Shown here piece after piece: positions 16,121 through 22,989 of a DNA stretch of 36,482 bases. The translations under genes were made by a program, and so were the position numbers. Location: positions 1 to 36,482 of IMG/VR virus record IMGVR_UViG_3300000970_000005, one strand, 5' to 3'. Within the stretch, counting starts at the first letter, position 1, and each line of letters starts with the position of its first letter. Source of the stretch: a virus. The notes below the pieces were generated by a model. The model was given only the letters and a program-made list of their open reading frames with translations, made no database searches and had not been told where the DNA came from.

Positions 16121-16957
16121 ATGGACAGCAACGCGCCGGATTGGGTTCCATGGAACGCGGCAAAGTGGATCGCAGGAACGTCAGAAATGGACGGGATCAC
16201 AGAACTTGTGTTCTTCCGGTTGTGCATGATTTCTTACGAACAGGGAAGCCCCGTTGTCACTGGTTCCGACAGGCGCAATTCTATGCGCTGCAAGGTGGAT
16301 GTTGACCAGTTCATTGCCGCACTTGAAGTCTTGCAAGAACTTCAAAAAGTCACACTCACGGATGAAGGGATCATGGTCCTTTCCACAAAGAAGAGGTTGC
16401 AAGACAGTTCGTCAAGGATGATGGCGAGACAACGGGGCGCGGCGATTGCCAGACGCAAGCGTGAATTGAAACAAGAAGGTAGATCATCAGGCGAAATTGA
16501 TCTGATCATCAAGAAAGAATTCCCTGATCATCAAAGCCGTATACAGACAATACAAAACAATACAGACAATACAGAACAAGACACACAGGGGGGTGTGGGG
16601 GGATTATTCGGAGATGAACTTCCTGAAAATCAATCCGATCTGGACGCGGCAAAAGACATTTGGAACGCGATGGCCGGGCAGCACGGACTTTCTAAGGTTC
16701 AAGTTGTCAAAGGAACCCGTCTGAAGAGATTGCGCGCCCGTCTGAAGGATTGCGGTGGTGTGGAAGGATGGAAGGTTGCAGTAAGCAAAGTTCCTGAAAG
16801 CGAATTCCTTCTAGGCAAAGTGAACGGCCGAAAGTGGAAAGCAGATTTTGATTTTCTGTGTCAGGAAAGTTCGTTCATCAAGGTCATGGAAGACCGATAC
16901 AAGAGCGATCCGAACGGTGGCGGATCGCCAACCATGCAAGCGATTAGGGGAAGATGA
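16121..16957 (+). CDS. DUF1376 (YdaU-like) replication-associated protein, a putative initiator or primosome organiser
   Basis: The N-terminus WVPWNAAKWIAGTSEMDGITELVFFRLCMISYEQG fits the DUF1376 pattern (W.P......T..M...E.GAY..L....W). A basic linker carries the repeat module, followed by a C-terminal domain (DIWNAMAGQHGLSKVQVVKGTRLKRLRARL...W...FDFL). Confidence 0.7.
   Translation: MDSNAPDWVPWNAAKWIAGTSEMDGITELVFFRLCMISYEQGSPVVTGSDRRNSMRCKVDVDQFIAALEVLQELQKVTLTDEGIMVLSTKKRLQDSSSRMMARQRGAAIARRKRELKQEGRSSGEIDLIIKKEFPDHQSRIQTIQNNTDNTEQDTQGGVGGLFGDELPENQSDLDAAKDIWNAMAGQHGLSKVQVVKGTRLKRLRARLKDCGGVEGWKVAVSKVPESEFLLGKVNGRKWKADFDFLCQESSFIKVMEDRYKSDPNGGGSPTMQAIRGR
16482..16533 (+). repeat. Three GATCATCA motifs phased at exactly 22 bp inside the DUF1376 gene
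   Basis: Copies lie at 16482-16489, 16504-16511 and 16526-16533. The last two are the full TGATCATCA. Each copy falls in a different codon phase, encoding SS, II and DH. Confidence 0.85.
16541..16602 (+). repeat. Degenerate 9-10 bp tandem iterons (ATACAGACA / ATACAAAACA / ATACAGACA / ATACAGAACA / AGACACACA) followed by GGGGGGTGTGGGGGG
   Basis: Read directly from the sequence, with the G-block at 16588-16602. The segment is homologous to 27614-27674. Confidence 0.8.
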
Positions 16958-17523
16958 TGGGTGATCTTATCATTCCACAGGAAGTCACGTTAGGGAAAGC
17001 TGATCTTGAAATCCTGAAGGACACACAGGACAGGCGGCAAGAGCAATGGTCTTTACTTCCCGTTGAAACGTGTCGCGCGATCCTGCCAACAATCGAAGCG
17101 GCCTTGACGCCAGCAACGGAAGAACAGGCGCGCAAGAATGCGGAAATCCTGATCGGTTCTTACCCTCGCCACATGATTGACGAACCCCAGATTTATTCAC
17201 GCGCAATCATTTCTGTGTTTCAGCGGTTCCCGGCGTGGATTGGTGCAAAGGCGGTGGATGAAATCACCCTGCAAAATGAATGGCCACCATCCCGCGCAGT
17301 TGTTCACGCTACGTGCAACAAGCTGGCGAATGATGTGAAAAGAACACAATCCGTGATCAGCCGAATGATCTTGGAAACGAAACGCCGCGAAGATGCGGCC
17401 GATGAAGAGAAAAATCGCGAGATTGCGCGCGAAGAATTCCGCCAAAAATATGGTGAAAAGACCCCTTTGGAAGTCTTGGCGGATGAAGGAATTTCCATTG
17501 GGGCAGACACAAATAGAAAGTGA
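16954..17523 (+). CDS. Hypothetical protein (189 aa) coupled to the replication gene
   Basis: ATGA overlap with the upstream stop. No motif was recognised. Confidence 0.6.
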   Translation: MMGDLIIPQEVTLGKADLEILKDTQDRRQEQWSLLPVETCRAILPTIEAALTPATEEQARKNAEILIGSYPRHMIDEPQIYSRAIISVFQRFPAWIGAKAVDEITLQNEWPPSRAVVHATCNKLANDVKRTQSVISRMILETKRREDAADEEKNREIAREEFRQKYGEKTPLEVLADEGISIGADTNRK

Positions 17524-17527
17524 AAAA

Positions 17528-17755
17528 ATGGCACGAACATCAGCAATGAAAAGCCGGATTGATCTGGCGTTCCCGGTGGACTTTTCCAACATGGAAAGCA
17601 TTGGGAAATGCGCAACGGCAATGGAAACCTTGAAATCAGAGGCTGAAAAAATTGGCTTCACCTTGATGAAAGATGTGAAGACGGACGCCGGGTCTTTTGA
17701 CTTTGGTGGCGATGACGCCGGGGAAGAAAATCAATCATCGGATGGCGACGGGTAG
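17528..17755 (+). CDS. Hypothetical acidic protein (75 aa)
   Basis: The ATG at 17528 lies 4 nt after the upstream stop. The listed start at 17393 would overlap the upstream gene. The C-terminus is DFGGDDAGEENQSSDGDG. Confidence 0.5.
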   Translation: MARTSAMKSRIDLAFPVDFSNMESIGKCATAMETLKSEAEKIGFTLMKDVKTDAGSFDFGGDDAGEENQSSDGDG

Positions 17756-17830
17756 ACCCACAACTTCCCATTGTCTAACGGCTGGACAGGTTCACCCATA
17801 TCTGTCCAGCCGGATCAAAGGAAACCCAAC

Positions 17831-18217
17831 ATGAAACTGAAAACTACAACACTCGCTTTGATCTTCATGGCAGGATCAGCGCAAAGCGCAACCATTGGAC
17901 ATGATGCGGCCGGGGCGTTCCGGGGTGTCACACCTGATGTGTACGTTGGCGGCAAGATCGGCAAGATCGCAGCGCCCATCCCGTCTGTTGATGTTCCGGC
18001 CGCAAAGATTGGACCGGAAATTTTCATCTTCATCCTGATCGTGTTCGCCCTTATCGCGGCAAATGAAAGCGGTTCCGATCCATCCCCGGTGATCAAACCT
18101 GATCCGGTCAAGCCCAATCCAGTTGATCCGTCACAGCCCACACCAGTTCCCGGTCCGGTTTCGTTTATTCTGATGTTGTCCGGGATCGCTGCACTGTGGG
18201 GGATGCGTCGTGTCTGA
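17831..18217 (+). CDS. Secreted protein with a signal peptide and a PEP-CTERM/VPLPA-CTERM-like C-terminal sorting tail
   Basis: The ATG at 17831 has AAGGA 9 nt upstream. The signal peptide is MKLKTTTLALIFMAGSAQSA. A Pro-rich spacer follows (PVIKPDPVKPNPVDPSQPTP). The C-terminus VPGPVSFILMLSGIAALWGMRRV has the VPxP + TM + RR layout. Confidence 0.6.
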   Translation: MKLKTTTLALIFMAGSAQSATIGHDAAGAFRGVTPDVYVGGKIGKIAAPIPSVDVPAAKIGPEIFIFILIVFALIAANESGSDPSPVIKPDPVKPNPVDPSQPTPVPGPVSFILMLSGIAALWGMRRV

Positions 18218-18809
18218 TGAACTGAAGCCACTCACGGAAGAGGAAGCGGCCGAATTCGAAATGGAACGCCAAACTGATCTGGTGATCCAGCGCAAATGCG
18301 ACGCTTGCCAAGCGTGGTATGAGACAACCAAGAAATCCATTCCATTCACAGAACGCTTCATCTGCGATTGTGGCAACCCGATGGAGTACAACGTTCCAGC
18401 TTCCCCGGTGGTAAAGATCATCAAGCCCGACACAGCGGACATCCTGTCCCTTGGTGATCTGGATGATCGTCTTGATACCGGAATGAAGGTCAAAGAGGCG
18501 ATCCATCGCGCGTCACAATGGTGGGAAAGTACCGGACGCGCTGAAATGATCACACAGAAGCGCAGACAAGCAAAGCCCGTGGGTGGTGCGGACAAGGGCG
18601 CGGGTGCTTCCTTTGCCTCTGATGATGAAGACAATATAAATTTTCTTCCATCGGGTCTTTTGCACGGTAAGCCATGGGCAGAACTGACCCGTAATGAACA
18701 AATCCGTGTGGTCAAGTCGTGGCATCACTTTCATATACGCAATCCAGATGTGATTGGCGCGGACCCGGAACAGCGTCACAAGATGCAAGATCGCGGCAAG
18801 ATCAATTGA
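18210..18809 (+). CDS. Hypothetical protein with a Cys4 zinc-ribbon-like motif (199 aa)
   Basis: A GTG start overlaps the upstream stop. The product contains CDACQAW...CDCGNP. Confidence 0.55.
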   Translation: MSDELKPLTEEEAAEFEMERQTDLVIQRKCDACQAWYETTKKSIPFTERFICDCGNPMEYNVPASPVVKIIKPDTADILSLGDLDDRLDTGMKVKEAIHRASQWWESTGRAEMITQKRRQAKPVGGADKGAGASFASDDEDNINFLPSGLLHGKPWAELTRNEQIRVVKSWHHFHIRNPDVIGADPEQRHKMQDRGKIN

Positions 18810-18934
18810 TCATTTGGTTGATCCGTATCTTTTGGGAAGACCCGGCTGGTTTTGTCCGTGATGTAGTTTTTGCCGGGTGCTTTCTCTTCATAGCGTGGCT
18901 TGTGCTGCGATCAATTCACCTGATTATGGGATAG
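18806..18934 (+). CDS. Possible small membrane protein (42 aa, TTG start)
   Basis: The TTG at 18806 overlaps the upstream TGA. The hydrophobic core is VVFAGCFLFIAWLVL. It fills an otherwise empty 130-nt gap. Support is weak. Confidence 0.25.
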   Translation: MIIWLIRIFWEDPAGFVRDVVFAGCFLFIAWLVLRSIHLIMG

Positions 18935-18938
18935 AAAA

Positions 18939-19328
18939 ATGACTGAAATAGTTCACTTCGATGTTGAAAAGATTGTTGCGGAAGTTGAAAAACACCTCGC
19001 AGAGAACCCCGCATCCGACATGAAAGACCTATCAACGATTGCAATGCGCAATGGTGATAGCGTTCAAATTGCCTTGCTGAAATGGGGTTATGAACAACGC
19101 AACCTTAACATCCCCGCGCCCGTTCTTGCCAGTGCGGCCGCGCAAATATTCGCGACGTTCTTCATGAATTTGTTCACAGATGAAAGCCAAGACCCGGACA
19201 ACATCGCGAAAAGTGCGGATCATTTTTGCGACATGATTTTCCACGCGACAATGGGCTTATCGGAAATGCGCGCATCGGGAACCACAATTTCAACGCCAAT
19301 CAATCCAATCGTGGGGGGCAGAGCATGA
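18939..19328 (+). CDS. Hypothetical protein (129 aa)
   Basis: The ORF is in operon context. No motif was recognised. Confidence 0.55.
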   Translation: MTEIVHFDVEKIVAEVEKHLAENPASDMKDLSTIAMRNGDSVQIALLKWGYEQRNLNIPAPVLASAAAQIFATFFMNLFTDESQDPDNIAKSADHFCDMIFHATMGLSEMRASGTTISTPINPIVGGRA

Positions 19329-19573
19329 AACCAAAAACAGAAGCAATGGCGTTCCGCATCTGGCAATTTGCAGATGCGTCCGGTTGGGATGTCACGGTTG
19401 CCGATGTCGCTAAGCATCTCAATATCAGTTCAGCGCGTGTCCGCCGCATCAATGGCTTGAAAGGTTGGTCCAATCGTTACCGGGTGGACGTGACAAGCAG
19501 ACACGGCCGCGCACAAGCCGGACTTCATCCAGAACACACTGTTCAGCTTGAAGAGGTCATGCCCGATGTCTGA
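19325..19573 (+). CDS. Small putative HTH protein (82 aa)
   Basis: ATGA overlap with the upstream stop. VTVADVAKHLNISSARVRRINGL is helix-turn-helix-like. Confidence 0.5.
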   Translation: MKPKTEAMAFRIWQFADASGWDVTVADVAKHLNISSARVRRINGLKGWSNRYRVDVTSRHGRAQAGLHPEHTVQLEEVMPDV

Positions 19574-19988
19574 AACACCAGAACAAGAACTTGAACGCCT
19601 TCGCTTTCGCCTGTCCGAAGTCATGTATCACCGCGACAACCTGCAAACAGCGCTAAACATCCTTGTTGATCGTGGCGTCGTGCCAATCGAAGAGTTTGTT
19701 CAGATGGGTCTTATCCGGGCAACGCGGGACCAACACAACGAACTTCACCCGGTCAAAATGGACATGACCGATCTGCGCGATCAGCTACATCAAGCCGATC
19801 ATAAACAGGCAACCGTGGCAAAGTTTCGGAACCTGAAGCAAGCGTTCCTTCAGTATCAAAAAGGAACCGCAATCATCCTTAATGATCTGGATAAACTTTG
19901 CCGGGCAAATCATGTCACACCGCATGACATCAGGATGTTGCGCGACATCCGGGATCAAGTGTCCGATCTGATTGGGCGTGAATTGTGA
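19566..19988 (+). CDS. Hypothetical coiled-coil protein (140 aa)
   Basis: The ATG at 19566 overlaps the upstream stop by 8 nt. Confidence 0.55.
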   Translation: MSETPEQELERLRFRLSEVMYHRDNLQTALNILVDRGVVPIEEFVQMGLIRATRDQHNELHPVKMDMTDLRDQLHQADHKQATVAKFRNLKQAFLQYQKGTAIILNDLDKLCRANHVTPHDIRMLRDIRDQVSDLIGREL

Positions 19989-20899
19989 TGGGTTGGCTTG
20001 GCAATCAAATAGGTCCAATAAATTGGGAAACTTTGTATCCTTTTTTGGAACTCAAAATTTCCCGGCCGTTGGATTTCCCGGCCTTGCGTGTTCTGTCATT
20101 TGGTGCAGGCGTCCAATCAACAACCATGTTGCTGATGTCATTGCGTGGTATGTTTGGACCACCACCAGACTTGGCGATCTTCGCAGACACACAGTTTGAA
20201 CCATCGCAAGTGTATGATCATCTTCAGTGGGTTCAAAATGAAGTCGCTAGACTTTCAAATGGACAGGTTACCGTGAATATCGTTAGCGCAGGAAACATCA
20301 AAACTGATCACCTTCAAGGCACAAACACCACAGGCCAACGCTTTGCATCAATGCCGCTTTATACACAGGACGGCAAAGGCATGGGGCGCAGGCAATGCAC
20401 CCGCGAATATAAGATTGAACCGATTGAAAAGGAAATTAGGCGCTTGCTTGGCGTAGCAAAGGGAAAGCGTGTTCCGAAAGGCGTGATGGTTGAGCAATGG
20501 ATTGGCATTTCCACAGATGAAATCCAACGCATAAAAAAGAACAAGAGACCATGGGCGCATAATCGTTTTCCGCTTATCGAAAGAAGGTTGTCGCGTTCTG
20601 ATTGCCGGGTTTGGTTTGAACGTAACTATCCCGGCGTTCCGCTAGTTAAGTCCGCCTGTTCAGCATGTCCATTTCGGGACAATTCCATGTGGCGATGGTT
20701 GAAAAAGAACGCACCAGAAGATTTCGCTGAAGCGGTGGCGTTTGATAAAGCCATAAGAGAAAACGGAACCACCCTAAAAGGAATGCACTCACAACAATTC
20801 GTTCATCGCAGCGGTATCCCGTTAGACCAAGCCGATCTGGATGAAATTGACATAGATGATCTGTTCCAAAACGAATGTGACGGTTATTGCGGCGTGTAG
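19988..20899 (+). CDS. PAPS reductase-family (adenine nucleotide alpha-hydrolase) protein
   Basis: TGATG overlap with the upstream stop. LRVLSFGAGVQSTTMLLM is the PP-loop-like SFSGG.DS equivalent. The C-terminal Cys cluster CSACPFRDNSMW...CDGYCG is typical of phage PAPS-reductase-like proteins. Confidence 0.75.
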   Translation: MGWLGNQIGPINWETLYPFLELKISRPLDFPALRVLSFGAGVQSTTMLLMSLRGMFGPPPDLAIFADTQFEPSQVYDHLQWVQNEVARLSNGQVTVNIVSAGNIKTDHLQGTNTTGQRFASMPLYTQDGKGMGRRQCTREYKIEPIEKEIRRLLGVAKGKRVPKGVMVEQWIGISTDEIQRIKKNKRPWAHNRFPLIERRLSRSDCRVWFERNYPGVPLVKSACSACPFRDNSMWRWLKKNAPEDFAEAVAFDKAIRENGTTLKGMHSQQFVHRSGIPLDQADLDEIDIDDLFQNECDGYCGV

Positions 20900-20967
20900 C
20901 AAAAAGGTTGTGGAATTATGCCATATTTTTTGATGAATAACGGATAAAGTATCAAGGATCGTGATCA

Positions 20968-21261
20968 ATGGCGAACACTAAAGGAAGAGGTCAAGAGCCG
21001 CGCAAGAAGGAAGCGGCAAGCAATTTCGCGGGTATGTTCGATGGGTCCAAAGAAAAACCCACACCTGAAGAGGTTGTTGTGCGCGTCATGCACGGGGATG
21101 GTGACAACGTGATCACGGATCGCCAACTTGAAGCGGCAAAGATGCTGTTACCCTATCGCCTTCCCAAACTGGCAACCGTGGAAGCCCATGTGGCCACGGA
21201 AGAAATGACGCATGAAGAGTGGATCGCGTCACTGGAAGAGGATGAAGAGGATGATGTTTAA
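20968..21261 (+). CDS. Hypothetical protein, a weak terminase small-subunit-like candidate
   Basis: AAGGA lies upstream. The AAKMLLPYRLPKLATVE segment resembles the A.K.LLPY.HPKL motif I recall in some small terminase subunits. The tail is acidic. This rests on a single motif. Confidence 0.5.
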   Translation: MANTKGRGQEPRKKEAASNFAGMFDGSKEKPTPEEVVVRVMHGDGDNVITDRQLEAAKMLLPYRLPKLATVEAHVATEEMTHEEWIASLEEDEEDDV

Positions 21262-21321
21262 ACGTGTTTCATGGATCGTGGTTGTCTGTCTTTCCATAGC
21301 GTTTTGGATTGTGGTTTTGGC

Positions 21322-21537
21322 ATGAATTCACTGTGGCAGAACCCTATCAACATCCGGCCATGTCCGTTTTGCGGTAACGTAAAGCCTGACATTTCATGCA
21401 ACGCGGATATCGTTTGGGCAGTATCATGCTCATGTGGTGTGATCGCGTTCCCATCAGCGGTGCGATCTGAAACCGTCATAGCTTGGAACACCCGATCAAT
21501 CGACAGAACAGAAGTAACATCTGAAAGGGATGTATGA
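21322..21537 (+). CDS. Lar-family restriction-alleviation-like protein (71 aa)
   Basis: IRPCPFCGNVKP....VSCSCGV.......ETVIAWNTR matches the Lar family layout (PCPFCG...C..CG......eAi.aWN.R). The start was taken at the ATG at 21322. Confidence 0.6.
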   Translation: MNSLWQNPINIRPCPFCGNVKPDISCNADIVWAVSCSCGVIAFPSAVRSETVIAWNTRSIDRTEVTSERDV

Positions 21538-21815
21538 TGCAAAAAGCGTGGTTTGTATTGGAACGAATTCACGGCGGGGAATATCATCCCGTCATCTACT
21601 ATGGCGACAAACCCACAGGGCAGCGGACGGACGCGCCGAACAGGTTGTTCAAGGATGAACCCAAACTGATCCCGGACAAGTTCATGATCAACGGGAAGCC
21701 GATCCGTCTTGATCAGATCGCGGATCATTTCTATCCGCCCGAACATAAGGCGAAACCAATGCAATCGTCAGGACACGCTAAAGCAACCGTTCAACTTCCA
21801 ATGTTCCGGCTTTGA
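21534..21815 (+). CDS. Hypothetical protein (93 aa)
   Basis: ATGA overlap with the Lar-like gene. Confidence 0.5.
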   Translation: MMQKAWFVLERIHGGEYHPVIYYGDKPTGQRTDAPNRLFKDEPKLIPDKFMINGKPIRLDQIADHFYPPEHKAKPMQSSGHAKATVQLPMFRL

Positions 21816-21868
21816 CCGGATAGACCTTTTCCGACATGATGCGCCCACACATCACAAGGGCTTGCATC

Positions 21869-22984
21869 ATGTTGGGAATAAATATCCGCACCACACAGAA
21901 TGAAGGATCACTTGGTATTCTCGGACAAGTGGTCACGGTCAATGATGACAACACGTTGACCATCGAAAACAACCAAGGCAATTCATTCACAATCGACACG
22001 ACACCGGACAGCTATGACGGAACCTATTCTGTCACACAGGCTGAACTGGATGCGGGTCCAGTGGCTTTGGTCGCAACGGCTTTGTCAGGTGACGTTGATC
22101 CTGAAGCTGGCGAGACGCTTTCCATTGTTCCGCCTCTCTTCGCTTATGATCCCGATCTTGGGGATGTGGGTGATGTCACCTATACCGCCAACGGAACGAA
22201 CGCGGTGGATGTGACGGACCCGGCGAACCCCACTTTGCTTATTGACGCGGCTGATGCGGGGGTGACGCTCACGGTCACGGCAAGCCTGACACAGACGGGC
22301 GTGGGAACGACTAACAGCGTGTCCAATGGTGTCACTATCGAAGATTTACCCGCGCCATCCATCACAGTCACACGTTTGTTTGCGGATGCGTTGGCCGATG
22401 ATGGGGGATTTGACACGGAAGGTGAATGGAATGGTGTTGACCTAAGCGCCCATGCGTCTGGTGATCTGATCCTTGCGTTTGTTGGACCAACAGACAACTT
22501 CACCGCCATGACTTTCGATGATGGGACAGGTGCGGTTGCCATGAACCTTGAGGCAACAACAACAGGAAACAACGGTTCACGTTGTCAGTTGTTTTCGCAC
22601 ACCCTGACATCGGCAGGTACAGCGCTAAATGATTTTCTTGCTACACCCGGCGTGAACGCCATTAACCGTTATATGGAACTATTTATCGTGCGCGGCGGGG
22701 TTATTGCAGATGTGCAGCAAGCGGCAGATAGCGGCGGAACGATAAATCCGTTGTCTGTTGACGTTTCAATCACCGATACGATTAACGAGATTGTCGCGTT
22801 TGTGTGTGGCTTTGATTGGGACACCGAAACACTGACAGGTGTGACGGCCAATGCCAAAACAGCAACCACTAATGTGGACATTATCACCGGGCGCGCATCC
22901 AATGTCGCAGGACCAACGCACACTGTTTCCTTTGATCAGTCACCTACACAACGCAAGGGTGCAATCATTGTTAATTTGGAGTAA
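21869..22984 (+). CDS. Structural-looking Thr/Asp/Gly-rich protein, a possible fiber or receptor-binding accessory
   Basis: The ATG at 21869 has AAGGG 9 nt upstream, and 21836 is an alternative. The composition is typical of fibers. It lies directly upstream of a spike-like gene. Confidence 0.55.
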   Translation: MLGINIRTTQNEGSLGILGQVVTVNDDNTLTIENNQGNSFTIDTTPDSYDGTYSVTQAELDAGPVALVATALSGDVDPEAGETLSIVPPLFAYDPDLGDVGDVTYTANGTNAVDVTDPANPTLLIDAADAGVTLTVTASLTQTGVGTTNSVSNGVTIEDLPAPSITVTRLFADALADDGGFDTEGEWNGVDLSAHASGDLILAFVGPTDNFTAMTFDDGTGAVAMNLEATTTGNNGSRCQLFSHTLTSAGTALNDFLATPGVNAINRYMELFIVRGGVIADVQQAADSGGTINPLSVDVSITDTINEIVAFVCGFDWDTETLTGVTANAKTATTNVDIITGRASNVAGPTHTVSFDQSPTQRKGAIIVNLE

Positions 22985-22989
22985 ACACC

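Noticed and set aside
17197-18715. Minus-strand ORFs 17197..17661, 17815..18231 and 18131..18715 (138-194 aa)
   Set aside because: Their Ser/Arg/Pro-rich composition is typical of antisense frames of real genes. They overlap tightly coupled plus-strand genes, and no motifs were found.
21258-21764. 168-aa minus-strand ORF, longer than the plus-strand ORFs it overlaps
   Set aside because: It is antisense to the Lar-like ORF (clear PCPFCG...AWNTR motif) and to 21534..21815, which are translationally coupled to each other. It has no RBS context and no recognisable motif, and it would be the only leftward gene in a 22-kb rightward block.
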